Under the pieces are notes generated by a model that was not told where the DNA came from, made no database searches, and saw only the letters and a list, made by a program, of their open reading frames with translations. A DNA stretch of 64,000 bases, taken from the NCBI GenBank assembly GCA_037130015.1, contig JBAXTU010000002.1, positions 1,909-65,908 on the forward strand, read 5' to 3'. Source of the stretch: a bacterium. Its GTDB lineage: Bacteria; Patescibacteriota; Patescibacteriia; 2-01-FULL-39-33. Position numbers and translations under genes: made by a program. This document shows positions 1 to 9,755 of the stretch, one piece after another (the first letter of the stretch is position 1; every line of letters begins with the position of its first letter).

Positions 1-1026
1 ATTTTATCTTCAAAAACTTCTTGACCGATTTGGTTGTGCGCTTGAGCGGTATAATCGCCAAGTTCCAACATATCTCCCAAAACCGCGATTTTTTTGCCAA
101 TGGCTGATATTTTACCAAGCACACGCAAAGCAGCAGACATTGATTCTGGACTAGCATTATAAGTATCATCAATAATAAAAGTATTCTTAATACCATCAAT
201 TAAATGTAAACGTCCCTTAGGCGCCTCAAATAATTGCAAGGCTTGGGAAATTTGCACCAAATTTAAACCATAAACAATCCCCACGGCCGCGGCTGACAAG
301 GCGGAATAAATAAAATGTTCACCCAAAATATTAGGCAACATAATGGGCACTATATTACCTTCATACGACAACTTAAAATTTAAACCGACTGGCACACCAT
401 TACTTTCAGAAAAATTTATTTCCAAAGCTCGCAAATCAGCTTGTTCATTTTTAATTCCAAAAGTAAGTACTCTGGCTTTGGTTGTTTCTTTCATTCCCAA
501 TACTGATTCAATATCAGCGTTTAATATGGCCCAACCATTTTTTGGCAAATGAGACACCATCACTGACTTTTCTCTAGCAATTTTTTCTACTGTTTTAAAA
601 AATTCCAAATGCACCTGACTGACACTAGTGACAATGCCAATTTTGCAAGGTGCCAAATCTGTTAAGTATTTCATATCACCAATACGATCAACGCCCATTT
701 CTAAAACTAAAATCTTGGGATAATTTTTATCATGCCACAATAATAATTCAACGGCCTTAAAAATTGCACCCAACCATAGCCAAGCCGAACGACCACCAGA
801 ACTTGCACCAATAATAGTAAGTGGCAAACCGATTTCGTTATTATAATTTTTAATATTGCGACGCGCATTAAAATGCGGATGAAGCACGGCAAACACCGCC
901 TCTTTAGTAGAGGTCTTACCCACACTGCCAGTAATGCCAATGATTTCAGGACGATATTTTTGTAAAATAGCTCCAGCCAAAAACCGTAGAATTTTTTGTA
1001 AAGCCATTTTTAGGTATTTTTTCATG
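1..1026 (-). CDS. murF: UDP-N-acetylmuramoyl-tripeptide--D-alanyl-D-alanine ligase MurF (C-terminal part cut by window edge)
   Basis: Minus-strand ATG at 1024-1026 gives MKKYLKMALQKILRFLAGAILQKYRPEIIGITGSVGKTSTKE (Mur ligase P-loop); near the window edge it reads VLGDMLELGDYTAQAH (MurF-type signature); follows ftsI in dcw order; absent from ORF track because there is no in-window stop. Confidence 0.8.
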
Positions 1027-1038
1027 TATTTACTATAT

Positions 1039-2961
1039 TTACTTTAATTTTTTTAGTGCCGGATCAGTCGGATTATCATACGGCACATTATAATACTGCA
1101 GAATAAATTTGGCAATATCGCTAAAAACAGGCGCCGAAGAAATAGCCGCTTCTTTGGAATTCTGGGGTTTTTTAAATCTAACAATCATTACAAACCGCGG
1201 ATCGGAAAAGGGAGCAAAACCAGCAAAAGTGACATCAACATCGTCACCATAATGTCCGCTTTTATTAACTACCTGAGCTGTGCCAGTCTTGCCACCAACA
1301 ATATAGCCAGGCACACCAGCCATTTTACCATGACCATTAGCCACCACACTCACCAACATTCCTGACAACACCTGGGCCGTCTTGGCTGTAATTACTTGGC
1401 GCACCTCTTGAGGATAATAATTTGTGACGTTGCCACTAGCATCAATTGTTTGTGACACAATATATGGCTTCATAAGTTTGCCACCATTAGAAAAAGCGCC
1501 ATAGGCCATGGCCATTTGAAGCGGTGTCACCATAATACCTTGACCAAAAGAAGCCGTGGCCTTATAAATTTCTCCTTTACGATCTATATTGCTAAGATCT
1601 CCAGCCACTTCTCCAGACAACTCAATACCAGTCTGTTTACCAAAATTAAAATCCTTTACATATTTAACAAAAACCTCTGGAGTGGCTTGCTTCATAGCAA
1701 AAATAGCCCCGGTGTTAATGGAATTATCCAAAACCTGAACCATGGTTTGCTTGCCATAAACCTTCTTATTAAAATTTTTAATGTTGTATGGCCCATATTG
1801 CGCGCCACCAGTATCAACATAGGTCGTGTCTGGTTGGACCTTATCCACATCCAAAGCGCTAGCCATGGTGACAGCTTTAAAAATAGATCCTGGTTCGTAA
1901 GCGTCAAAAATAAGAGGATTATTATAAACATTAGCATCATCAACCCGGCCGTATTTGTCAGGATCATAATCAGGATAACCACACATAGCAATAATCGCTC
2001 CGGTCTTGGGATTAATCACCACCACCGAGGCTGTTTCTGATTTATATTTTTGCGCGGCAATAGACAGTGCTTGGCAAGCCTTGTGTTGGATAGCGCGATC
2101 AACGGTCAAAATTAAACTAGAACCGTCTTTTTTTTCTTGAAAATAATTATCACCAACCGCTATCAGATTACCAAAAGCATCGCGTTGGGCTTTAATTTCT
2201 CCGGGCGTGCCATTTAAAATTTTATTAAAATATCCTTCCAAACCATATTGGCCTTTTTTGGCATCATCCACAATACCCCAAAAACCAAAAAGTTGCCCGC
2301 CCATGCCAGCCTCAGGATAAAAACGCCAAGTCTCTTCTTGAAAATAAAGACCCTTAATATTCAAATCTTTTATTTTTTGCACCTGATCGTCAGTCAATCT
2401 ATGTCTAATAGCTTTATACAATGAATTAGGCGTGGCCAACAAATTATATATGCGAGTAATTTCTTTGGTATTTTGTTCTTCAAGCCATTTTTGCCGACGG
2501 GTAGTTTTTATTTCTTCGGCCATCACCGGATCCAAATCAGCCGATATATCAGCAAACAAATCTTTTTCAGCTGCTGCCAAATTAACATTATCAGGCAAAC
2601 CAAGAATGGCAAACAAAGCATTGGCTGTTGATGAAGCGTCTTTAATCTCTTTGGGCACGCTATATAGCATTTGTAATTTTTGATTGCCAACCAGTGGAAA
2701 CAATTGCTGTTGCCCATTTCTATTTTCTACCGCATAAATAGTACCGCGCTCCGGCACTAATTTTCTATAAAGCTCGTGCTGATCAGAAGCCAAGGCCGTA
2801 TAAAAATCACCCTTCATTATTTGCAAGTCAAATAATTTTAAAATAATTATAGAAGCTACGGCCACAAAAAAAACGGCTAGAATTTTTATTCTAACCTGAT
2901 CGCCGGAGCCCTTACTATTCCGGCCAGAGCGATTCTGTTGTTTGTTGGCTCGCCAGGACAT
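1039..2961 (-). CDS. ftsI: class B penicillin-binding protein / peptidoglycan transpeptidase FtsI
   Basis: 640 aa; N-terminal TM; SIFK (SxxK), SNG and KTGTA transpeptidase motifs; dcw context. Confidence 0.9.
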   Translation of the reverse strand: MSWRANKQQNRSGRNSKGSGDQVRIKILAVFFVAVASIIILKLFDLQIMKGDFYTALASDQHELYRKLVPERGTIYAVENRNGQQQLFPLVGNQKLQMLYSVPKEIKDASSTANALFAILGLPDNVNLAAAEKDLFADISADLDPVMAEEIKTTRRQKWLEEQNTKEITRIYNLLATPNSLYKAIRHRLTDDQVQKIKDLNIKGLYFQEETWRFYPEAGMGGQLFGFWGIVDDAKKGQYGLEGYFNKILNGTPGEIKAQRDAFGNLIAVGDNYFQEKKDGSSLILTVDRAIQHKACQALSIAAQKYKSETASVVVINPKTGAIIAMCGYPDYDPDKYGRVDDANVYNNPLIFDAYEPGSIFKAVTMASALDVDKVQPDTTYVDTGGAQYGPYNIKNFNKKVYGKQTMVQVLDNSINTGAIFAMKQATPEVFVKYVKDFNFGKQTGIELSGEVAGDLSNIDRKGEIYKATASFGQGIMVTPLQMAMAYGAFSNGGKLMKPYIVSQTIDASGNVTNYYPQEVRQVITAKTAQVLSGMLVSVVANGHGKMAGVPGYIVGGKTGTAQVVNKSGHYGDDVDVTFAGFAPFSDPRFVMIVRFKKPQNSKEAAISSAPVFSDIAKFILQYYNVPYDNPTDPALKKLK

Positions 2962-2975
2962 CTCTACATAAATAA

Positions 2976-3401
2976 TTATTTTAAGGCAACCGCAGAACCA
3001 AGATTACTTACTACTTCCATTTTTTCCACAGCCACCATATTTAAACCTGATGCTTGACTAATAACATTGGACATTGATTGCAACCGAACATATTGTTGTT
3101 GTAATTTTTCATTTTCTGTTTTTAGATCCCTAATTTTATTTTGCAAGCCCTGGATTTGATAACCACGGGTAGCCACATTATTGGTTTGCATTAAATAAGC
3201 CACACCAAAAACAATAGAAAGTGAAACCAAGGCCATCATGGTTCGTTTCCAATTAAAAACTGCCCAAGCGGACTTGAGTAATTTTCCACGCTTATTAAGT
3301 TCTGGAAAATGATGATTAGCTTTTTCTTTCTTCCAAAGTCCGCACATGAAATTATTTTGATTATTCCCGCCAGCTGGCGGATTATTTAAAAATTTTCTCA
3401 A
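2976..3401 (-). CDS. ftsL: FtsL-like cell division protein (small bitopic coiled-coil protein)
   Basis: 141 aa, single TM (MMALVSLSIVFGVAYL) followed by coiled coil; position between rsmH and ftsI. Confidence 0.55.
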   Translation of the reverse strand: MRKFLNNPPAGGNNQNNFMCGLWKKEKANHHFPELNKRGKLLKSAWAVFNWKRTMMALVSLSIVFGVAYLMQTNNVATRGYQIQGLQNKIRDLKTENEKLQQQYVRLQSMSNVISQASGLNMVAVEKMEVVSNLGSAVALK

Positions 3402-4298
3402 TCAAAGTTTTTGCGCCACGCGCAACTTGGCACTCCTGCTCCGAGGGTTTTTCTCCTTTTCATCATGACTAGCAATAACAGGTTTCTTGGTCAGAATTTT
3501 AATGGTTGGATTTTCTTTGCCCCCGATGGAACGAAAGAAATTCTTGACCAATCTGTCTTCGCCGCTATGGAAAGAAATAACCGCTAGCCGTCCGCCCGGT
3601 TCCAATAAGCCAATGGCTTGTGGCAAAACCGAACGCAAATTGCCAAATTCATCATTGACAGCTATGCGTAATGCCTGAAAAACCCTCGTGGCCGGATTCT
3701 TTTTGGATCTGCTCTTAAAAATACGCTTATAAACATTTGAGACAAGCTGGACAAGCACTTCAGCCGTCTCAACTGGCCGGCCCTCGCGGCGATATGCGCT
3801 AATTGTCTTGGCTATCGCACTGGCAAGAGGCTCTTCGCCATAATCTTTAAATATTTGAAACAAATCCTGTTCGCTATATGACCGCAAAATTTCAGTGGCG
3901 GTCGGACGGTCTGAATTGATATCGTATCTTAAATCAAGAAGTCCTTGGCTTTGGAAACTAAATCCCCTATCCCGCTGGCCGAGCTGATCAGAAGATAAAC
4001 CAAGGTCAAGTAGAATACCGTTAATTTTGCCAATTGTTGATACATTATTTAATCCGTTTATAATATCGCTCAAATTTTTATAATTGTCATTGACTAGAAT
4101 CAAATTTTTATTCTGACTCTTTGGTACTGCCTGACTATCCCAATCAATGCCTAGTACTTTTCCTTGTGGCTTAATCTTTTCTAAAATGGCCAAAGAGTGG
4201 CCACCGCCACCAAAAGTGCAATCAACAAAATTCTGGTTGGATGCAGGATCAAGATATTTCAAGATTTCTTCAAGCAAGACTGGTTCATGAATGGTCAT
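3402..4298 (-). CDS. rsmH: 16S rRNA (cytosine1402-N4)-methyltransferase RsmH/MraW
   Basis: 298 aa; MTIHEPVLLEEILKYL...CTFGGGGHS SAM-binding signature; mraZ-rsmH order. Confidence 0.92.
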   Translation of the reverse strand: MTIHEPVLLEEILKYLDPASNQNFVDCTFGGGGHSLAILEKIKPQGKVLGIDWDSQAVPKSQNKNLILVNDNYKNLSDIINGLNNVSTIGKINGILLDLGLSSDQLGQRDRGFSFQSQGLLDLRYDINSDRPTATEILRSYSEQDLFQIFKDYGEEPLASAIAKTISAYRREGRPVETAEVLVQLVSNVYKRIFKSRSKKNPATRVFQALRIAVNDEFGNLRSVLPQAIGLLEPGGRLAVISFHSGEDRLVKNFFRSIGGKENPTIKILTKKPVIASHDEKEKNPRSRSAKLRVAQKL

Positions 4299-4735
4299 AG
4301 GGACACAGATGAGTTCAAGTCGCTCAGAGCTTCGGCAATGTCAGTGGAATTCTTTTCGGTCTTGGCTTTATATTCATTCCAATCTTTTTCATCCCAGATT
4401 TCTAAATAATTATATAAACCGGCAATAACCACATTTTTACTAAGGCCGGCAAATTTTCTTAAATATTCTGGCAGAATAATTCGTCCTTGGCCGTCAAATT
4501 CCACCTCAGTGGCTCCGGCCAACATAAATCTAGACATGGCGCGATTATTGGCCTTATTGATGGGCAATGATGAAAATTTCTGCGCTACTTTTTGCCATTC
4601 TTTTTGAGGATATAAAACCAAGCAGTTATCCAACCCTTGAGTGACAACTGCTTTTTTTAATTCTTTGCGGAATTTGGCAGGCACAGCTAAACGTCCTTTG
4701 TTGTCCAGGTTATGATTGTATTGGCCGACGAACAT
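4295..4735 (-). CDS. mraZ: transcriptional regulator MraZ
   Basis: MFVGQYNHNLDNKGRLAVPAKFRKEL typical MraZ N-terminus; ORF-track start at 4780 is a GTG codon, so the ATG at 4733-4735 was preferred. Confidence 0.88.
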   Translation of the reverse strand: MFVGQYNHNLDNKGRLAVPAKFRKELKKAVVTQGLDNCLVLYPQKEWQKVAQKFSSLPINKANNRAMSRFMLAGATEVEFDGQGRIILPEYLRKFAGLSKNVVIAGLYNYLEIWDEKDWNEYKAKTEKNSTDIAEALSDLNSSVSL

Positions 4736-4760
4736 GCTTTTTTTATTTTTGGTTTTATTA

Positions 4761-4785
4761 TTTTCCCCACTTATCCCCACTTATC
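4761..4785 (-). promoter_or_regulatory. putative MraZ operator: direct repeats GTGGG-N5-GTGGG
   Basis: Minus strand reads GATAAGTGGGGATAAGTGGGG; this matches the established MraZ binding-site architecture (GTGGG repeats with a 5-nt spacer) and lies between the promoter -10 and the mraZ start. Confidence 0.5.
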
Positions 4786-4799
4786 TCCTTAATGATTTA

Positions 4800-4828
4800 A
4801 TTATACACCACTTTTCATTACCTTTCAA
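4800..4828 (-). promoter_or_regulatory. sigma70-like promoter of the mraZ operon (TTGAAA-17-TATAAT)
   Basis: Minus strand TTGAAAggtaatgaaaagtggtgTATAAT; perfect -10 with 17-nt spacer. Confidence 0.5.
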
Positions 4829-4924
4829 CACTTCGTCAACTGTTTTTTAAACAACAAAAAAGCCCCATTTTAGGGCATTTTTTAATTTATCCTGTCAAAC
4901 AGTGGATAACTAGGGGAAAAGTTT

Positions 4925-5335
4925 TTATTTTTTACTCACTGTTATATTTGGTTCGCCGTTATAAGCTGGCAAAACCATTCTACCAGGTTTTGTTTTTAAA
5001 ATTTTCAGAAATATTTTTTTCACCAAATCATCATCATTCTTAAATTCTGACAATTCTATTGAAGCTACCGGCAAATTAAGCGCGTAAGCCAAAGTATTGG
5101 CACAAACCACTCCTAGTCTCACCGAAGAAAAACCAGCCGGGCCATTAACCACACCAATCCCCTTTAAACTTTTAATTTTTATTTTATTTTTCTTCAAAAA
5201 ATCATCTATACCAGTGAGCAACATTTCTGATTGTTTTTTGTCAGAAGTAATATTTTTAACCTTAAAATCAGTCTGGCTTTTGGCCAAGATTAATTTAACT
5301 GTTTTATTGTCGCAAGTATTGATGATTAAATTCAT
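4925..5335 (-). CDS. tsaB: tRNA threonylcarbamoyladenosine biosynthesis protein TsaB (YeaZ-like, short)
   Basis: 136 aa; GVVNGPAGFSSVRLGVVCANTLAYALNLPV resembles the GPGSFTGLRIG motif of the inactive Kae1 paralog. Confidence 0.6.
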   Translation of the reverse strand: MNLIINTCDNKTVKLILAKSQTDFKVKNITSDKKQSEMLLTGIDDFLKKNKIKIKSLKGIGVVNGPAGFSSVRLGVVCANTLAYALNLPVASIELSEFKNDDDLVKKIFLKILKTKPGRMVLPAYNGEPNITVSKK

Positions 5336-5343
5336 AAAACTTT

Positions 5344-5970
5344 TTAATCCTCTGTTTTGGAGTGTCTGTCATTCTTAAAATAAATCTTATCCACAACCAC
5401 CAAATTTTTGCCATCCAAAATATTGTACAAAAACTTATCGGTGACGTCATGGCGGTATTGAAAATCATCTTTGGACATAATGGCATAATTAATGGGCTGG
5501 CCCAATTCTTTTTCAAAATCAGAAACCAGCTTTAAAAATCTAGCCCGATTAACTTGTCCCACCACCAGCAAATCAATGGGCGCATCAACGCGACCGACAA
5601 AAACACCTGACAATAAAAAATAATGAATCTGCCCGCATTTTTCCACTTTTTCCACTAATGATTCTTCCAAAATAAGCTGAGCCTTAATAAGTAAAGCCCG
5701 CAATTCTTCAATGAATACAAACCCAGTGTTGAGTTTGTAATATTTTTTATTATCCTTTAATTCCTTTTCTGCTTCTTTTTCCCAATCCTCTTTAGTTTGG
5801 GATTTAATGATGCCGATTTTTTCCAAATTATTTAATTCACGGCGAATAGAATTCAGATGAGTTTCTAGTCGGCGCTCCAATTCGCGGACATAAAAAAATT
5901 TCTCTGGATTATTCAGAAAAAGCCTCAGTAATAGCACTCTGGTTTTTGAACCAAAAAGTTGTTCAAGCAT
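5344..5970 (-). CDS. winged-helix HTH domain fused to nucleotidyltransferase-like domain, putative regulator
   Basis: 208 aa; N-terminal KTRVLLLRLFLNNPEKFFYVRELERRL HTH-like; C-terminal GRVDAPIDLLVVG nucleotidyltransferase-like. Confidence 0.45.
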   Translation of the reverse strand: MLEQLFGSKTRVLLLRLFLNNPEKFFYVRELERRLETHLNSIRRELNNLEKIGIIKSQTKEDWEKEAEKELKDNKKYYKLNTGFVFIEELRALLIKAQLILEESLVEKVEKCGQIHYFLLSGVFVGRVDAPIDLLVVGQVNRARFLKLVSDFEKELGQPINYAIMSKDDFQYRHDVTDKFLYNILDGKNLVVVDKIYFKNDRHSKTED

Positions 5971-5976
5971 AAGGTT

Positions 5977-6004
5977 TTGTTTTTATTCTTAATTATTGTA
6001 TAAT
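5977..6004 (+). promoter_or_regulatory. putative promoter with extended -10 (TGtATAAT)
   Basis: tgtataat at 5997-6004 upstream of 6083 CDS. Confidence 0.3.
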
Positions 6005-6033
6005 ATAAAAAGATAAGTGTAAACTATTAAAAC

Positions 6034-6062
6034 AATAATGACTTGTTTTATTTGTCATTATT
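6034..6062. promoter_or_regulatory. 9-bp inverted repeat AATAATGAC-N11-GTCATTATT between promoter and start codon
   Basis: perfect inverted repeat read directly from sequence. Confidence 0.3.
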
Positions 6063-6082
6063 TTATCAAAAATTAAACAAAA

Positions 6083-8527
6083 ATGACTAAATTTAGCACA
6101 AAAATCAGCAAATTGGACATGAATTCTGGCAATCCGTCGGCTATCGGCAATATCTTTGTAAAAGAAGATTCTCAACATGTTGAAAAGTTAGGAACAATTT
6201 TTGGCATCATTGAACTATTTTCTCTGCCAGACGATTTTAATGATAAAATATTTTCTATCATAGCTGATTTGCAAACAGAATACTATCTGCCACCATTTAA
6301 TCTAGAAGACGGTTTGGAAAAAAGACTGGAAGACTGCTTACAAAGAGCCAATCGTCGTTTGTATCGCGCCATTCAAGATTCACCCATTCGCATAGAAATC
6401 GGCAATATCAATGTGCTGGCTGGACTTATTCAGCGAGAAAAAATTTACCTGTCACAAATTGGCAAAACCAATGCCTTTTTATTCCATCGTAAAAAAAGAC
6501 ACGATGTCACTATTGTTGATATCTTCGGTCAAACCAGCGAGAAAAAACACAAAATGAACCCGGAAAAAATGTTTTCTAACATTATTAGCGGTTCACTCAC
6601 TGGAAAAGATGATATTTTCCTTTGCAATGATTCTATTTTGGAATTCCGATCTCTTAATGAACTTATGGAAACTGTGACGGAAAATACAGCACTGGCCGCA
6701 TCCAAAGAGCTAGAAAGAGAGCTTGAACCGCAAACAGAAACCAATAATTTTTATGCCATCATTATTCAACCAGAAGAAGAATTTTCTGAAACAGAAGCCG
6801 TGCCAGTGCCAGCCGAAGAACCTCAAAAAATAAGACGCGAAGTCCGACCATCAGTCCCCAGTCAAAAATCTATCAACAATCTTATACGAACAGAAAGAAA
6901 CACAGAAAAATATCTCACACCATCAATGATGCCTGGCTGGAAAAAAGCCTTACTAATCTTTTTGGACTGGCTAATAAAAATTTCCAACCAAGCCGGCGCT
7001 TATGGCCTCAAATATGCACGCATTGTGGCTATAAATATTGCCATCCAAACCAAAGCGACCTGGCTGAAACTAAAAGTCAAATTGGATGAAAAAAAATTAC
7101 AAAGAATAAAGCAAGAAGAAGCTATTATCGGGCAAACAAAAACAGAATTGCACTCTGCCGAAGTAAATTTGGAAAAAGCTGAACAAGAAGAAATAGAAGC
7201 GGAAAAAGAAATTAAACAAGAATTAAAAGAAACCAAAGCTGAAAGTGATGGCTTTGCCAAAAATTTTACCAAGCAATCGTGGTCCTTGGCACAAACAGCT
7301 GTGCGCAAAACCATTAAAATTGATCCCTACAAAAAAATGTTGCCAACACACAGATCTGCCAATCAATCTGGAAATGGAATATCGGCCAGTTTGAGTGATT
7401 GGCTCAACAGGCAATTGGCTGGATTTTTTTCACTGTCAATTTTTAAAAGAATGATGATTATTGTTGCTTTTGCTATGTTTTTGGGTTTTAGTTTTAGTAT
7501 AGCTACCAATGGCCAAGGTCAAAACATCACTCAAACAGCTGACATTCAGCAATTATCTGCTCAAATAGAAAGCCTACTTAATAAAGCTGAAGCAGAAAAT
7601 GTCTTTAATGATGACTCCTCCGCCCAAAAATCACTCGCCCAAGCTCAGGAATTATTCTCTCAAATATCAACTGATAAAAAATTTGCCAGCGCCAAAGCCA
7701 GCTTACAGAAAAGAATAGACAATATTTCAGCCATACTACAAAAAGTGACAAATATTGATACTCCAAATCTTGTTGTGGATTTATCAACTCAAAATCGCAG
7801 TGCCCAAACATTATCTCTGGCCAAAGCCGGCAATCTAATAATTAATTTTGACAATCAGAGCCATACTTTATATAAAACGGATCTGCAAAATAAAAAAACC
7901 ATATCTAGCGTATTAAAAATAGACAGCGTAAAAAAAATCATAGCCTTGAGTGGTAATAGTCTAATCCTGTTTGACGGCAATAATAATTTTTATGCTTACG
8001 CCCTAGACAAGGACACGCTAGAAAAAGTTATCACCGTTGACTCAACTGTCACTGATTTCAGCAACTACGAAACCAAGCTTTATGCCCTTTCAACCAGCAC
8101 CGGACGCGTCTATAAGTATTTACCCACCACAGGTGGCAAATATAATGCTGGCAGTAGCTGGGTAAATGATCAAGCAATTTTAAAAAATACCACGGCCATT
8201 TCCATTGATCTAGGTTTATTTGCTATAGAAAATAACGGTCAAATCAACCATTACACTAGTGGCAAAAAAGACGAAACAAAATTCAATCCCATTAATCCCC
8301 CATTAGGCCCAGCTTCAGAAATTTATACCCGCATGGAATCAAACTATCTTTATATTTTGGATCCGCAAAATTCACGCGTGGTAGTGCTTGATAAAAACGG
8401 CAATTTAAAAATCCAATACACTTCTAAAGAATTTAAAAATTTAAAATCAATGGAAGTGAGAGAAATGGAAAAAAATATTTATGTCTTATCCGATAACAAA
8501 GTTTTTGCTATTCCCACTAATTTTTAA
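6083..8527 (+). CDS. large hypothetical protein: cytoplasmic N-domain, coiled coil, one TM, predicted extracytoplasmic C-domain
   Basis: 814-aa uninterrupted ORF; KE-rich coiled coil around aa 330-390; hydrophobic segment MMIIVAFAMFLGFSFSIA. Confidence 0.6.
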   Translation: MTKFSTKISKLDMNSGNPSAIGNIFVKEDSQHVEKLGTIFGIIELFSLPDDFNDKIFSIIADLQTEYYLPPFNLEDGLEKRLEDCLQRANRRLYRAIQDSPIRIEIGNINVLAGLIQREKIYLSQIGKTNAFLFHRKKRHDVTIVDIFGQTSEKKHKMNPEKMFSNIISGSLTGKDDIFLCNDSILEFRSLNELMETVTENTALAASKELERELEPQTETNNFYAIIIQPEEEFSETEAVPVPAEEPQKIRREVRPSVPSQKSINNLIRTERNTEKYLTPSMMPGWKKALLIFLDWLIKISNQAGAYGLKYARIVAINIAIQTKATWLKLKVKLDEKKLQRIKQEEAIIGQTKTELHSAEVNLEKAEQEEIEAEKEIKQELKETKAESDGFAKNFTKQSWSLAQTAVRKTIKIDPYKKMLPTHRSANQSGNGISASLSDWLNRQLAGFFSLSIFKRMMIIVAFAMFLGFSFSIATNGQGQNITQTADIQQLSAQIESLLNKAEAENVFNDDSSAQKSLAQAQELFSQISTDKKFASAKASLQKRIDNISAILQKVTNIDTPNLVVDLSTQNRSAQTLSLAKAGNLIINFDNQSHTLYKTDLQNKKTISSVLKIDSVKKIIALSGNSLILFDGNNNFYAYALDKDTLEKVITVDSTVTDFSNYETKLYALSTSTGRVYKYLPTTGGKYNAGSSWVNDQAILKNTTAISIDLGLFAIENNGQINHYTSGKKDETKFNPINPPLGPASEIYTRMESNYLYILDPQNSRVVVLDKNGNLKIQYTSKEFKNLKSMEVREMEKNIYVLSDNKVFAIPTNF

Positions 8528-8552
8528 TTTAAATAACTAACTAAAAAAAACT

Positions 8553-9272
8553 ATGATCAAAAACAAAATTGTCATCTTTATGGCTGTGTTTGCTTTTATT
8601 ATGTCATTTAGTATTCTGCCGGCCTTAGCCGTAGAAGATACTACTGTACTTGGCAACACTACTACAACTACCATAAAAACTACAGCTAAAGAAAAATTGG
8701 CCAAAATCAAAGCTAGCAATCAGTGTATATTGGACGCTCAAAAAGTCAGAAATACTGCCATAAAAACTGCAGAGAGTATTTATGCCACTTCAACCAAAGA
8801 CGCCAGAGTTGCCAGAACTACAGCCAATAAATCAGCCAATGACGCTTATAAGGTTGCGACCAAGTCAGCTAAAGATACTTATACTGCAGCCACCAAGTCG
8901 GCCACAGATGCTTACAAAGCTGGCCTACAATCAGCCAAAGATGCTAAAAAAGCAGCTATTGCTGCGGCCAATGCTCTGACAGATGAAACTGCTAAAAAAA
9001 CAGCCTTGGCAGAAGCAACAATAGCTTATACAACTACTGTTAAAACTTTAACAGTCGCCAAATTATCTGCCACAAAGTCAGCTAGAGACATCTACAATAC
9101 TGCCACAAAGTCAGCTAAAGATACTCTTAAGGCTACTAATAAAGCCACTGCTGATGCCTACAAAGTTGCTACCACCTCGGCTAGCGCCACTAGAAAAGCA
9201 ACCATTAAAGTTGCCAACGATCAACTCGTGGCTGCCAAAGTCGCTTGCAAAGCAACACAATCAGTACAATAA
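8553..9272 (+). CDS. secreted Ala/Lys/Thr-rich protein built from 11-residue amphipathic repeats
   Basis: signal peptide MIKNKIVIFMAVFAFIMSFSILPALA; repeats of TKSAKDTYxxA type with 11-aa period. Confidence 0.65.
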   Translation: MIKNKIVIFMAVFAFIMSFSILPALAVEDTTVLGNTTTTTIKTTAKEKLAKIKASNQCILDAQKVRNTAIKTAESIYATSTKDARVARTTANKSANDAYKVATKSAKDTYTAATKSATDAYKAGLQSAKDAKKAAIAAANALTDETAKKTALAEATIAYTTTVKTLTVAKLSATKSARDIYNTATKSAKDTLKATNKATADAYKVATTSASATRKATIKVANDQLVAAKVACKATQSVQ

Positions 9273-9287
9273 ATTTTTATAATAAAA

Positions 9288-9321
9288 ACACCCGACTCAT
9301 TAAGAGCCGGGTGTTTTTTAA
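9288..9321. terminator. bidirectional intrinsic terminator between repeat-protein gene and rplL
   Basis: hairpin acacccgactc...gagccgggtgt followed by T-run on + strand and A-run (T on minus) upstream. Confidence 0.55.
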
Positions 9322-9332
9322 TTTGAAAAAAA

Positions 9333-9725
9333 TTATTTGACAGTCACTTTAGCGCCAGCTGCTTCTAAATCTTGTTTGATTTTATCAGCTTCTTCTTTTT
9401 TGACGCCTTCTTTAACCATCTTAGGAGCTCCATCCACTAAATCTTTGGCTTCTTTGAGACCCAAAGCAGTGATAACTCTCACGGCTTTAATGACAGCGAT
9501 TTTATTATCACCTGAAGCTGTGAGCTCAATATCAAAGCTAGTTTTTTCTTCAACAGCTTCGGCAGGACCTGAGGCAGCCATCATGACTGGGGCGGCGGCG
9601 GAAACACCAAATTTTTCTTCTAAAACTTTGACCAATTCAGATAAATCAATAATTGACAATTTGTCAATTTGCTCTATGAGCGATTTGAATTTTTCTGGAA
9701 TTACGATTTCTTTTTGTTCGTCCAT
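9333..9725 (-). CDS. rplL: 50S ribosomal protein L7/L12
   Basis: 130 aa; full-length match to L7/L12 ([11 protein letters not shown]..., [24 protein letters not shown]). Confidence 0.95.
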   Translation of the reverse strand: MDEQKEIVIPEKFKSLIEQIDKLSIIDLSELVKVLEEKFGVSAAAPVMMAASGPAEAVEEKTSFDIELTASGDNKIAVIKAVRVITALGLKEAKDLVDGAPKMVKEGVKKEEADKIKQDLEAAGAKVTVK

Positions 9726-9755
9726 ATTATTTTTTATTATTTATTAATTATATTA

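Noticed and set aside
707-940. 77-aa minus-strand ORF from the track
   Set aside because: Lies in a different frame inside the murF coding region, whose translation shows clear Mur-ligase motifs. It is a spurious overlapping ORF.
1516-2717. Several track ORFs (1516..2040 +, 1692..1991 -, 2432..2683 +, 2523..2717 -) inside ftsI
   Set aside because: All are embedded in or antisense to the well-supported 640-aa PBP gene. They have low-complexity, atypical composition.
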